DNA from: an uncultured Lentisphaerales bacterium
Lineage (GTDB): Bacteria; Verrucomicrobiota; Lentisphaeria; JABSQK01; CAJWLW01
Length of the DNA: 64,000 bases
NCBI GenBank assembly: GCA_964460215.1
Contig: CAYWQM010000005.1
Location: forward strand, 16,211 to 80,210
Direction: 5' to 3'
Made by a program: the position numbers and the translations under genes. This document shows, piece by piece, positions 1 to 9,300 of this stretch. Position 1 is the stretch's first letter. The number at the start of each line of letters is the position of its first letter. The notes beneath the pieces are model-generated. The model was not told the DNA's origin and did no database searches. It saw only the letters and a program-made list of their open reading frames with translations.

Positions 1-20
1 ATCTCAACGAGAAAGGCGAG

Positions 21-2546
21 TTGCAGTGGGCAAGCGAGTGCCGGGACCCGGCGGTGCATATTTTTCGGGTTGCCAACGGCTACGAACTCTCTGTCGACAA
101 CGTTGACGTGTCCATCAATGACCACCCCCTGATGGCCAATGCCGAGTTGGCCGACCTGCGCAAAGCCAGGACGGCTGTCCGCACCGTGCTCGTTAGCGCC
201 GTGACCGAGCTGCTCGCCAAGCTGCCGGCTGATATTCGGGTCGAAAGCAGCCTGATTTACAGCCGGGACTACTGTGACGCGCTCAATCGCCTCATCGATC
301 ATTATTCCGCGCTCAACGTCGTCGATGAACAATTACAACGACTTGACCGTGACGATTATGATGATTTCTCCGCCTTCGAAGTGACTGTCAGGAAGGCTGT
401 GGAATTCGAGGATTATTCTCGAACTGACTCTGTCGAGCGGCTTCGCAAAAGTCTTGTTCGCAAACGCGATCTACTGGATAACAAAGCCCTGCCATCGATC
501 TCATGCTCGTATACGCGGCTTCCAACCGAGCAGCTGGATGCGATAGCTGTTGCGATCAGCGATCTTGAAACGCGTTGTGCCAAAGAGGCCGAACAAGTGA
601 GGGGCGAACTTGGAAAAATGGTGGACTCCCTTGGGGAGGACAGCTCGCTTGACGAACTGCTGACGCACCTGCGGGCATCGGAGACCGACTATGACAATGC
701 CCGGCAGCTCCAGTGCGGTGATTTTATCTCGATCGGGTCATTCACTGTTGAAGTGAATCGTCTTACCGGCATGTCCCTGGTCTCTCGCCGTCAGAATCCT
801 TTTGACGTTGACATGACCTATTTCGATGTCGACGAAATTTTCAAGCCGTTGATGGTGAGCTTCGTAAGCACACGAATGGAACAGGCCGACAGCGTCGATG
901 TTGAGCAGGCCGAGAAGGCGATAAGCCAGGAGATTCTCGACAGTATTAAGGAGATACGGGACACTTTCCGTTTCGATAGTCGAATTATCGACCTGGAATC
1001 GGCAACAGAAGATAATCCACTGGTTCTCTGCCGGGCTGGTGATTTCGGCCATACGGCCTATTACGTCATCAGTGGCGAATTGTCAGTGATTATGGATCGT
1101 GCCGCGCTTCAGCTCCAGTCGTCGGACGGCCGTCATACGGTCAAGAAGAGAGGATTATCCAAGATCATTGCCCAGCTTTGGCAGAACAAGAGCCAGGTAA
1201 GGGAGTGGCGATCATCCGTGAATAAGGGGAAGGGGGACGCCGGCGATGCCGGCGAGTATATGTTCCTGCAGGATTCCGATGCCGTCTTTGACGTCCGCGA
1301 AGGCGGTCGATATGAGTTGGTGAATACCATCTGCGCCGGCGAGCTTGTCGGTGAGCTTTCGGCGCTCGGCCGCACACCGCGGACGGCAACGATTTTGGCC
1401 AACAAAAGCGCCCGGGTGCTGGAGATTCGCTGGCAGGGACTTCGTGATCTTCGCAGCAGCAGCAGCATCTTCAAAAACTTGACCGATGCCGCCTATCGCG
1501 AGCGTGCTCTCGACATGCATCTGCGCCGTATCGACGCCTTCAGTAAGCTTGATGATGCCGATCGCCAGCGCCTCGCCGAAAAGGTCGAGCTCAGAACGAT
1601 CGGTGACTTCAACTGGCACATGTCTTTTATCGACCTCATGAAGGAAGGCTCTGATGCCCGTGACGAGATTGAGCCCATCGTCGCTGCGGAGGGACAATAT
1701 CCGGATGCGTTGATTCTCATACGCTCCGGTTTCGCCCGGGTTTCCCGTGAATATCATCATGGGCAGCGCACCGTCAGCTATCTCGGCAAGGGCGCGTATT
1801 TCGGCCTCGACGAACTCCTCCATAATTATCAGAATCCAGATGATGAAATCTGCTTTCGCCATAGCCTGAGGGCGATCGGTTACGTCGACGTGATCTTTAT
1901 CCCCCGTGAGGTTGTTTATGAGTACATCTTTGATAAAGATGCCAGCTTTAAGCCGCAGGCTGCCGATACGCACAGCGAACTGCGCACCTTCGACATCAAC
2001 GTTGATCAGATGGTCGTCGAGGAGTTAGTCGCTCAGCGCAGTATCAACGGCACGGCTGCAATGCTCATCGACATGGATCGCTGTACGCGCTGCGATGACT
2101 GTGTCCGGGGCTGTTCGAATGCGCATGATGGCAATCCGCGTTTCATTCGCCACGGCCCGATTGTTGACAACTTCATGATTGCCAACGCCTGTATGCACTG
2201 CAATGACCCGGTCTGCATGATCGGTTGCCCGACCGGGGCGATCCAGCGGAATATGGGCGGCGGCGAGGTCATTATTAACGATCTCACCTGTATCGGCTGT
2301 TCTGTGTGCGCCAACAGCTGTCCGTATGACAACATCCGGATGGTGAATGTGATCGACGATGAGGACAGTTATGAGTATGTGTCTGACCCCGCGACAGAGC
2401 GACCGGTCCAGAAGGCCACTAAATGCGACCTCTGTGTCGACCAATTGGGTGGCCCGGCCTGTGTCAATGCCTGTCCCCACGACGCCCTGAAGCGTGTCAA
2501 TCTGAGCGATGTCCCGTCACTCGAAGCCTGGCTGAATGAACGATGA
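21..2546 (+). CDS. Multidomain redox/sensor protein: ~330-aa coiled-coil-rich N-terminal region of unknown function, two cyclic-nucleotide-binding (CAP_ED) domains, C-terminal 4x[4Fe-4S] ferredoxin module (DmsB/NrfC/HybA-like)
   Basis: cNMP phosphate-binding cassettes are visible in the translation: GDFGHTAYYVISGELSV...GELVGELSALGRTPRTATILA and ALILIRSGFARVS...GKGAYFGLDEL. Four Cys clusters follow: CTRCDDCVRGC, CMHCNDPVCMIGCP, CIGCSVCANSCP, CDLCVDQLGGPACVNACP. The stop overlaps the next gene's start (ATGA at 2543-2546). The 5' end may be truncated or the start uncertain because the ORF begins near the window edge. Confidence 0.7.
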   Translation: MQWASECRDPAVHIFRVANGYELSVDNVDVSINDHPLMANAELADLRKARTAVRTVLVSAVTELLAKLPADIRVESSLIYSRDYCDALNRLIDHYSALNVVDEQLQRLDRDDYDDFSAFEVTVRKAVEFEDYSRTDSVERLRKSLVRKRDLLDNKALPSISCSYTRLPTEQLDAIAVAISDLETRCAKEAEQVRGELGKMVDSLGEDSSLDELLTHLRASETDYDNARQLQCGDFISIGSFTVEVNRLTGMSLVSRRQNPFDVDMTYFDVDEIFKPLMVSFVSTRMEQADSVDVEQAEKAISQEILDSIKEIRDTFRFDSRIIDLESATEDNPLVLCRAGDFGHTAYYVISGELSVIMDRAALQLQSSDGRHTVKKRGLSKIIAQLWQNKSQVREWRSSVNKGKGDAGDAGEYMFLQDSDAVFDVREGGRYELVNTICAGELVGELSALGRTPRTATILANKSARVLEIRWQGLRDLRSSSSIFKNLTDAAYRERALDMHLRRIDAFSKLDDADRQRLAEKVELRTIGDFNWHMSFIDLMKEGSDARDEIEPIVAAEGQYPDALILIRSGFARVSREYHHGQRTVSYLGKGAYFGLDELLHNYQNPDDEICFRHSLRAIGYVDVIFIPREVVYEYIFDKDASFKPQAADTHSELRTFDINVDQMVVEELVAQRSINGTAAMLIDMDRCTRCDDCVRGCSNAHDGNPRFIRHGPIVDNFMIANACMHCNDPVCMIGCPTGAIQRNMGGGEVIINDLTCIGCSVCANSCPYDNIRMVNVIDDEDSYEYVSDPATERPVQKATKCDLCVDQLGGPACVNACPHDALKRVNLSDVPSLEAWLNER

Positions 2547-3361
2547 CGCTCCACAAGCGGCGGCGCCGGAACATCATATTATTCTCTGTCGTCAGTCTGC
2601 TGACCATCTGGATCAGCTTCCTCTGCGACCGCAATCATACCGATATCCGCCACTTCAGCGGTTGGCTGATGTTCGCTCTGGTCGTTTTTCTCGCCGCTTT
2701 TAATCTGCGTAAACGCCTGAGCTTTCTGCCCATCCTGCGAGCGGCTACATGGCTGCAACTGCATATTTATCTGGGCCTGTTCTGCGGCCTGATCTTTGTC
2801 ATACACGTTGGTGTTGGGTTGCCCAATGGTCCTTTGGAAATAACCTTGTCGCTCCTATTCCTTCTTGTGTTTGTAAGTGGGATTGTCGGGCTCGCCCTCA
2901 GCCGGATCTTACCGCGTCGCCTCACCAATCAGGGTGAGGAAATTATTTTTGAGCGGATGCCGATCTACCGTCGCCAACTCAGGGACAAGGCAGAGGAGCT
3001 GGTCCTGTCGTCATTGACGTCCAGTCGATCCAAGATGCTTGCGGAGTTCTATAGCGAAGAGCTGGCAGTGTTTTTTGTTGCACCGTCTTATCTGCTCTAT
3101 CACCTGTTCATGGGGCAGCGACCGTTGAATCGGATTCTGGAAAAAATCGATAATCAGAAACGCTATTGCAATGACTCCGAGTGTGAACTGATCGAGCAGC
3201 TTCGCGAATTAGTAGTCAAGACGTACGAACTTGATCGCAGCCAATATTTGCAGGGGCTCCTGAAGGTTTGGCTGTTTATCCACATTCCTGCCACCTTCGC
3301 GCTGTTCGCTTTCATTGTCCTGCATGTGATCCTCATCCACGCATATGTGGGGTCAGGCTGA
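2543..3361 (+). CDS. Polytopic membrane protein (~5 TM) with conserved intramembrane His residues; putative heme-b/quinone-interacting anchor (DUF4405-like guess)
   Basis: Hydrophobic segments LFSVVSLLTIWISF, WLMFALVVFLAAF, LHIYLGLFCGLIFVIHVGV, ITLSLLFLLVFVSGIVGLAL and WLFIHIPATFALFAFIVLHVILIHAYV contain His. Start is coupled to the upstream stop; its own stop (TGA 3359-3361) overlaps the next ATG (TGATG). Confidence 0.5.
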   Translation: MTLHKRRRRNIILFSVVSLLTIWISFLCDRNHTDIRHFSGWLMFALVVFLAAFNLRKRLSFLPILRAATWLQLHIYLGLFCGLIFVIHVGVGLPNGPLEITLSLLFLLVFVSGIVGLALSRILPRRLTNQGEEIIFERMPIYRRQLRDKAEELVLSSLTSSRSKMLAEFYSEELAVFFVAPSYLLYHLFMGQRPLNRILEKIDNQKRYCNDSECELIEQLRELVVKTYELDRSQYLQGLLKVWLFIHIPATFALFAFIVLHVILIHAYVGSG

Positions 3362-5760
3362 TGCAATTGCAGGAATTCCGCCATGATCAGAGCAGCTATG
3401 AGCGACCCGGCCAGAAATGGGTCTGCGGCCGACTGGCAGACGGCCGGCCATGCAGCTGCGGTCCGAAACCCAATGGCCGATGCAGCCAGTCGGATAATCC
3501 ATGCAAGCCACAGCTGAGCCTTCGCTGTAAGCGTAATATGCTGGCCCTGTTTGTCTTTCTCGGCAGTTGGGTGATTGTCGGCGTGGCGCTGTTTCTGCAA
3601 AATGAAACGGATGTATACATCTCGCCGGGTGAACTGAGCTTCCATCACGGGATAGTTCGCGACGAGGACGGGAAGACGAATTGCGGAGCCTGTCATGACA
3701 TGAACGCCGATCATGGTTGGCTGAACGCCGCGGTGTCGCCAAAAACCGCCTTGGACCACAGCCGGAAATGTCTGGATTGTCATTTTCTTGACAAGTCTGA
3801 CGATTTGCTTAAGCCGCATGGCCTTGCCAGCGGGCGTGGATTTTCCGCTGCGATCAAGGAGAAATTTGATGTGGATGTGGCGTGTAGCAAATGTCACGTT
3901 GAGCATAAGGGGTTCAATGCTCCGGTCACCGTGCTGAGCGATGCGCAGTGCCAGTCCTGCCACGAAAAACAGTTCGATGGCTTCAATCAGGGGCACCCGG
4001 AGTTTACCCTGTACCCCTACGCCAATCAGGTCAGCGTCAGGTTCGACCACCGACAGCATCTGGACGTCAAGTCAAAGGAGATGAAGGCGATCGGCGGCAA
4101 ATGCAGCCATTGCCACGTCCCGTCTGCGTCCGGGCGAATGATGCAACACAGGCCTTTTAAGGAGACTTGTGCTGCTTGTCATCTCAACCCGAATCTATTT
4201 AACAAGTCTTCGGCACAACTCACCCTCCTCAAGCTCAACCCACCCAGCGCCTCCGATGCGGCAGATATCACGCCGTTGATGCGGCTTTTCTCTCCGGAAT
4301 TGAATCGTCTTGCAGAGAGTGAAAGCGCCGATCCTGTCAGTGTCCATATGGCGACTCGACGCTTCCTCCGTCAGTTGCAGCTGGGGTTGCCGCTGGTCGA
4401 ATCCCAGTCTGGCCCGGTACGATCTATCTTTGAACGCCTGTCTGCCGACACGGTAAACGAAACGATGGGGGCTGAGGAGCTTGACCGCAGCCTGTTCTAC
4501 TATGATTATGCCAAAGACACTGAACAGGGTAAGGCTTGGATATACTGGCTGCTGGCCTCCCGCTTAACCGACAAAGACATCAATGCTGTTGAAGAACGGC
4601 TTGTGCAGCGCTTCGTGGATGTGAACAGTGGGGGCCTGAGCGGGGAATTCGAGTTCTTCAAGCTGCTGGACGCGGAGAATTCTCTGCATGATCTCGTCAC
4701 CGCCGCCGTGGCCTCCGGCAAGCTGGCAGCCTACACGAAGGGGGTGATCGCTGCCGATGATCCCGAAATTGAGGCGATTGTCAACTATCTGAAGTCTGAC
4801 CAGATGAAGATGCATATTGCCGAGATCGTAAAATCTATTCCACCGAATTTAAAACTATCGACCCCCGAGAAGGCGCTCAAGAAGCAATTGGACAAGATCG
4901 CAAAAAAACTCAGTCCCGAGGAGAAGGCGCTCCCTGTCCGTGACCGGCTTTGCAAGCTCATCCTGGAGGACCGGGCAAGGGGAAAGTTCAAAAAATACAG
5001 TTCCTCGTTGTTGAAGAAAAAGGACAAAAACCTTTACACCTACCTCTCCAAGACCAAGGCTGCGGACCTGGAGAAGACAAAGGTGGATGATTGCCTGAAG
5101 GCCATCGACTCGAGCCTCTCGAAAATCGCCAACCTCCTGGCAATCGAGGGCGGTGCGGCGTCGAAGTTGCCGGTCATGCCGAAGGGGTTCAAGCCCCGCT
5201 GGGAGCCGCCGCCAGCCGCGACGGTCCGCCATCGATTGGAGGTGGCATCGATAAGCAATTGGCGCTTTGAGGCGTCCAATGATTCTTTGATCTACACCAG
5301 CACTGGCCATGCGGATCCGGTCTTCAAGGCGGTACATGAACTGGCGGCGCAATTGAGTGACAAGGCATCTCCAAAACTCCTTGCGGAGTTGTCACGAGGA
5401 GGGCAGTGCCGGTTCTGTCATCAGCCGGAAATAAGCTTTCGCACGGAGCCGCGGCAGGTGCAGATGAAGTGGGTAACGGCCAAGCCCAAGCGGTTGCAGA
5501 AATTCAATCACGAGCGCCACGCCGGCCTTGATTGCCGAACCTGTCACCAGTTCAAGGAAGAAAATAGCGCTGTTGCCACTCTTTTCCCCGGCTACAAGGG
5601 AAGCTTCGAGCCGATTAGTCGGTCGCTGTGCGCGAGGTGCCATCAACCCCAGAAGGTTGGCGACGGCTGTCTCAAGTGTCATAACTACCATCCCATGTCA
5701 CTGGCCCATGACAAGCAGCAGCACGAATACCTCCTGCGCCTCTTCCGCCGTCAGAAATAA
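3361..5760 (+). CDS. Decaheme c-type cytochrome, N-terminal Cys-rich cytosolic tail plus single TM anchor
   Basis: Ten CXXCH motifs: CGACH, CLDCH, CSKCH, CQSCH, CSHCH, CAACH in the N-terminal block and CRFCH, CRTCH, CARCH, CLKCH in the C-terminal block. TM helix MLALFVFLGSWVIVGVALFL is preceded by CGRLADGRPCSCGPKPNGRCSQSDNPC. A ~400-aa heme-free, Lys-rich middle region is present. Start chosen at the ATG at 3361 (ORF track opens at 3268 but that 5' part overlaps the upstream gene). Confidence 0.8.
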   Translation: MQLQEFRHDQSSYERPGQKWVCGRLADGRPCSCGPKPNGRCSQSDNPCKPQLSLRCKRNMLALFVFLGSWVIVGVALFLQNETDVYISPGELSFHHGIVRDEDGKTNCGACHDMNADHGWLNAAVSPKTALDHSRKCLDCHFLDKSDDLLKPHGLASGRGFSAAIKEKFDVDVACSKCHVEHKGFNAPVTVLSDAQCQSCHEKQFDGFNQGHPEFTLYPYANQVSVRFDHRQHLDVKSKEMKAIGGKCSHCHVPSASGRMMQHRPFKETCAACHLNPNLFNKSSAQLTLLKLNPPSASDAADITPLMRLFSPELNRLAESESADPVSVHMATRRFLRQLQLGLPLVESQSGPVRSIFERLSADTVNETMGAEELDRSLFYYDYAKDTEQGKAWIYWLLASRLTDKDINAVEERLVQRFVDVNSGGLSGEFEFFKLLDAENSLHDLVTAAVASGKLAAYTKGVIAADDPEIEAIVNYLKSDQMKMHIAEIVKSIPPNLKLSTPEKALKKQLDKIAKKLSPEEKALPVRDRLCKLILEDRARGKFKKYSSSLLKKKDKNLYTYLSKTKAADLEKTKVDDCLKAIDSSLSKIANLLAIEGGAASKLPVMPKGFKPRWEPPPAATVRHRLEVASISNWRFEASNDSLIYTSTGHADPVFKAVHELAAQLSDKASPKLLAELSRGGQCRFCHQPEISFRTEPRQVQMKWVTAKPKRLQKFNHERHAGLDCRTCHQFKEENSAVATLFPGYKGSFEPISRSLCARCHQPQKVGDGCLKCHNYHPMSLAHDKQQHEYLLRLFRRQK

Positions 5761-6031
5761 TCGAAACCTGTAGCCATATCACCATAAATTTCCCGTAGTA
5801 ATTTGTTCGTGATGTTCCCCCACATCGCGGTTGCCCGCGTGTGAATCAGCAGGGCGCCTTGATCTATCATCGGTCTCACCGTAAACGCATCTGCGGCCCG
5901 CCAACGTGCCGGGTGCCGTCCCGGTGGTCGGCATATCACCCGTTAACTTTATGTTGGTCAATAAAAAGAAGAGGCGTAGATTAGAAAAGCATGTCCCTTT
6001 GCTTTATGGCATATGACAATGACAGGGTGAC

Positions 6032-6841
6032 GTGACAATGAAACTTACAGCAGAAGAAGTAGCCAAATTTGAAGACGAAGGATATTTATTTTTTCCCAAC
6101 AAGTTTTCCAGTGCCGAGGCGAAGGTCCTGAAAAATGCCGCGGGTGATGTCTATGCTATGGACCGCGAGGAAGTCTGGAGGGAAAGTTCCGGTGTCGCCC
6201 GCACGGCATTCGCGGCCCACACGTACCATGAAGCCTTCATGCGCCTTGGCTGCCACCCGAGATTGATCGGGCCTGTAAGCCAGCTGCTCGACGGGCAGGT
6301 CTACATACACCAGTATAAAGTCAATGCCAAAGCCGCCTTCGACGGTGACGTCTGGCAATGGCATCAGGACTATGGCACGTGGAAACGCGACGATGACATG
6401 CCGGAACCCAGGGCCATGAATATCGCTGTATTCCTTGACGATGTGACCGCGGCCAATGGGCCCCTTTTGTTTATTCCAGGCAGCCACAAACTCGGCGTCA
6501 TAGATGCAGGGCACGACCTTGAAACCACCAGCTATCCGCTGTGGACACTGGATCGGGAAACAGTAACTGAACTGGCGGAACGGGGTGGCTGTGTCGCGCC
6601 AACTGGTCCGGCAGGCAGTGTCCTCCTGTTTTCATCCCTGATGGTTCACGCAAGCCCTCCAAACATCAGCCCATTTGGACGGATCATCGTTTATCTTTCC
6701 CTGTGTCAGGTTGATAATCACATCCGGCAATTCAACCGCGAGGAATGGATTGCACACCGTGATTTCACACCAATCGAGCCCCTGGCCGATGATTGCCTCG
6801 AAGAACTGATAGGTGACGGTGGACAAGGGGCAGCGGAGTAG
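6032..6841 (+). CDS. Phytanoyl-CoA dioxygenase (PhyH) family Fe(II)/2-oxoglutarate dioxygenase, ectoine-hydroxylase-like
   Basis: VWQWHQDYGTWKRDDDMPEP...NGPLLFIPGSHK resembles the EctD/PhyH signature (W-H-x-D ... GPL..IPGSHK). Confidence 0.75.
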   Translation: MTMKLTAEEVAKFEDEGYLFFPNKFSSAEAKVLKNAAGDVYAMDREEVWRESSGVARTAFAAHTYHEAFMRLGCHPRLIGPVSQLLDGQVYIHQYKVNAKAAFDGDVWQWHQDYGTWKRDDDMPEPRAMNIAVFLDDVTAANGPLLFIPGSHKLGVIDAGHDLETTSYPLWTLDRETVTELAERGGCVAPTGPAGSVLLFSSLMVHASPPNISPFGRIIVYLSLCQVDNHIRQFNREEWIAHRDFTPIEPLADDCLEELIGDGGQGAAE

Positions 6842-7023
6842 CCGGAACAGGGCGAGCTTGCGGAGTTGTTTGATTGAAGAGGCAACTAAAATTGTATTAC
6901 GGGCAATGACAACCGGCTCGATTGATCGAACCCGAAAGCTCTCCCGCCACCGCGGGACCGTTCCGGGCTGTTCATCTCACCGTTGGTCCATGAGGCTTTG
7001 TCAGAGGACACAGGAGTAAGGCG

Positions 7024-7440
7024 ATGAAAGGAATTAAGGCCGCGGCAATCCAGTTTACTCACGCGCCTGGGGACAAAGCGTTTAACTGGGGGAGGATTCG
7101 ATCGTTCGTTAGGGAGGCCGCTGCGCAAGGCGTGGACCTCATTGTTTTTCCGGAGATGTGCATAACCGGCTACTGGCATGTGAGGAAGCTCTCCAGGGCA
7201 GAGGTCGAGTCCCTGGCCGAGTCTGTTCCGGCCGGCCTCTCGACGCAGGAACTGCTTACACTCGCAGCGGCCAATAACATGACCATTGGCGCCGGACTCA
7301 TCGAGATCACCGATGCCGGAGAACTGTTCTCTCATGCGTGGCCAAAGAAAGGTAGCGGAGAGAAGCACCCCTTCTGGATACCATGCACAAACCCTCTTGC
7401 GAAAGAAGAGATCCTCTCTAACCTTCGGGCATTCTCATGA
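7024..7440 (+). pseudogene. N-terminal fragment of a carbon-nitrogen hydrolase (nitrilase superfamily); homology ends at ~7329 (..ITDAGELF)
   Basis: AAIQFTHAPGDKAFNW...DLIVFPEMCITGY...TIGAGLIEITDAGELF matches the N-terminal half of CN_hydrolase including the catalytic-Glu FPE motif. Downstream residues (SHAWPKKGSGEKHPFW...) have no family similarity. Its stop overlaps the start of the inserted transporter gene (ATGA at 7437-7440). Confidence 0.55.
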
Positions 7441-8306
7441 TCGTTAACGTTCTTCTGCCACTCATTCTCGCCTTTATCATGTTCTCTCTTGGGCTGGGAC
7501 TAAAAAAGGCTGATTTTACCCGCGTGGTGCAATTCCCTACCGCCTTTGGAGTAGGCCTATGCAACCAGCTATTCTTGCTTCCTGTCATTGCCTTTGCCTT
7601 AGTAAAAGCCTTTAACCTTAGCGGTGAACTGGCAGTGGGCATGATGATTCTTTCCTTCTGTCCAGGAGGCGTGACCACCAATGTTTTGGCCCGCCTTTCT
7701 AAAGGAAATGTCCCACTTTCCATTTCCATGACCGCCTTCACCAGTCTTGCGTCGATTCTGACCGTTCCTTTTTTAGTAGCCCTGAGCGTTCGGCACTTTT
7801 TAGGGGCTGAAGCACTTGCTGTGAATGTTGGCGAGCTAGGCATCAAAATGTTCCTTATCACCGCCGTTCCCGTTCTCCTGGGGATGCTCGTCACGAAGAT
7901 GGCACCGGGCTTCACCAAAACAGCGTCTAAACCAATTTCCTTAATCGCCATTGGTCTCTTCTGTCTCATGATTGTCGCAGCGCTTGCTAAGAACTGGGAC
8001 GTCGTTGCAAAGCATTTCCCAACCCTTGGTCCTGCCCTCATCACGCTCAATATCACCCTGTTAGCGGTCGGTTTTCTTAGCTCGCGCCTCGCCAAGCTCG
8101 ATACCAAAGATGCCTCCACGATCAGCATCGAATCTGGAATCCAGAATGGGACTCTTGGTATCGCTGTGGGCGCTCTTATCGCCGCTGGAACGGCCGAAAC
8201 CCTTCCTCCAACAACCGTTCCTTCAGCCGTTTACGGAGTCTCCATGTACTTAGTTTCTATTCCCTTTGTCATCTGGAGAGCGAAAACAAACCGCTCTAGC
8301 GATTAG
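7437..8306 (+). CDS. Bile acid:sodium symporter (BASS/SBF) family transporter
   Basis: ~9 TM helices; LSFCPGGVTTNVLARLSKGNV is characteristic of BASS. GC (~50%) and codon usage differ from the flanks (~62%). Confidence 0.75.
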   Translation: MIVNVLLPLILAFIMFSLGLGLKKADFTRVVQFPTAFGVGLCNQLFLLPVIAFALVKAFNLSGELAVGMMILSFCPGGVTTNVLARLSKGNVPLSISMTAFTSLASILTVPFLVALSVRHFLGAEALAVNVGELGIKMFLITAVPVLLGMLVTKMAPGFTKTASKPISLIAIGLFCLMIVAALAKNWDVVAKHFPTLGPALITLNITLLAVGFLSSRLAKLDTKDASTISIESGIQNGTLGIAVGALIAAGTAETLPPTTVPSAVYGVSMYLVSIPFVIWRAKTNRSSD

Positions 8307-8480
8307 AGAAACTTGCGACTTGGCAACTTCCAAGGGAATGAAATTCGCCCTCTACCTTCAATACAGATCTCCCGTCAGTACCGTGGGCCTGCTCAAGGAG
8401 GTCAAGGGAATTGGTTCCTCTGGTGCTATTTTCCTTCCGCACCACGGAATCAAAGGTGACGAGCACGACAATCTCGAGAT

Positions 8481-9161
8481 AACACCTATGTCGTTGCCAT
8501 GCCGGACGGTCGTGTTGAAAGCCATCGCAAGCTCCACTGTTTCATCAGCGAGCATATGAAGTCTGGCGATGCGTACACGGTGTTCGATATCCCGCAGGGT
8601 GCCCGCGTAGGTGTTCTCATCTGTTTTGACAATAACATTGGTGAGAATGTGCGAATAACGGCGCTGAAGGGCGCGGAGATCCTGTTGGCGCCGCACCAGA
8701 CAGGCGGGTGTGATTTTCCGAGTCCCCGTTGCATGGGTAAGATCGACCCGCAGTTGTGGGAAAACCGAGACCGTGATGCCGCCGCGATCGAGGCTGAATT
8801 TCGTGGGCCCAAGGGGCGAGAATGGTTGATGCATTGGCTCCCGGCTCGAGCTCATGACAATGGGCTGTTCCTGGTCTACAGCAATGGTGTGGGTGTTGAT
8901 GACGACGAGGTGCGTACGGGCAACGCCATGATCCTCGACCCCTACGGCGACATTCTGTCCGAGACGTGGGTGCCGCGGGATGCAATGGCCGTGGCGGACC
9001 TTGATCCCGATTGTCTCGACATGTGCACGGGTCAACGTTGGTTGACAACTCGCCGGCCGGAACTGTATGGGCCGCTCATTGAGCGATCCGGCAAGGAGAA
9101 AGATACGCGCACGGTGCGCTTTGCCAGGAAACAATCACCCGACCAGGCTCCGTCAGGCTAA
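8481..9161 (+). pseudogene. C-terminal fragment of the same carbon-nitrogen hydrolase (first ATG at 8499; homology starts ~8481 right after an in-frame stop)
   Basis: NTYVVAMPDGRVESHRKLHCF...GARVGVLICFDNNIGE...LFLVYSNGVGVDDDEVRTGNAMILDPYGDIL matches the CN_hydrolase C-terminal half (YRKLH Lys, catalytic Cys in ICFD). It continues exactly where the 7024 fragment stops (..GELF | NTYVV..). Confidence 0.55.
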
Positions 9162-9300
9162 CAAGCGGCCCGAGCCGACGGTGGGGACGCTGCAGGATAT
9201 TGCCGCCTGCGAGGCAGCCTGAAAAAACAGTCGCTGAGGAGCCGGGTGGCACTGAAAGAAGCCTGGCACTGCTGAGCTGCTCGGAGCAGCCGCAGTTCAT

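Noticed and set aside
2095-2115. tRNA-like T-loop strings (ggctgttcgaatgc and similar gttcga hits)
   Set aside because: All hits I could find lie inside well-supported CDSs with no acceptor or anticodon stem context. I found no tRNA in intergenic regions by eye, but I cannot run tRNAscan.
8266-8559. 97-aa ORF bridging the BASS gene 3' end and the nitrilase C-fragment
   Set aside because: It is in a different frame from both neighbours and has no family similarity. It is likely a spurious ORF within the low-GC insert's 3' flank.
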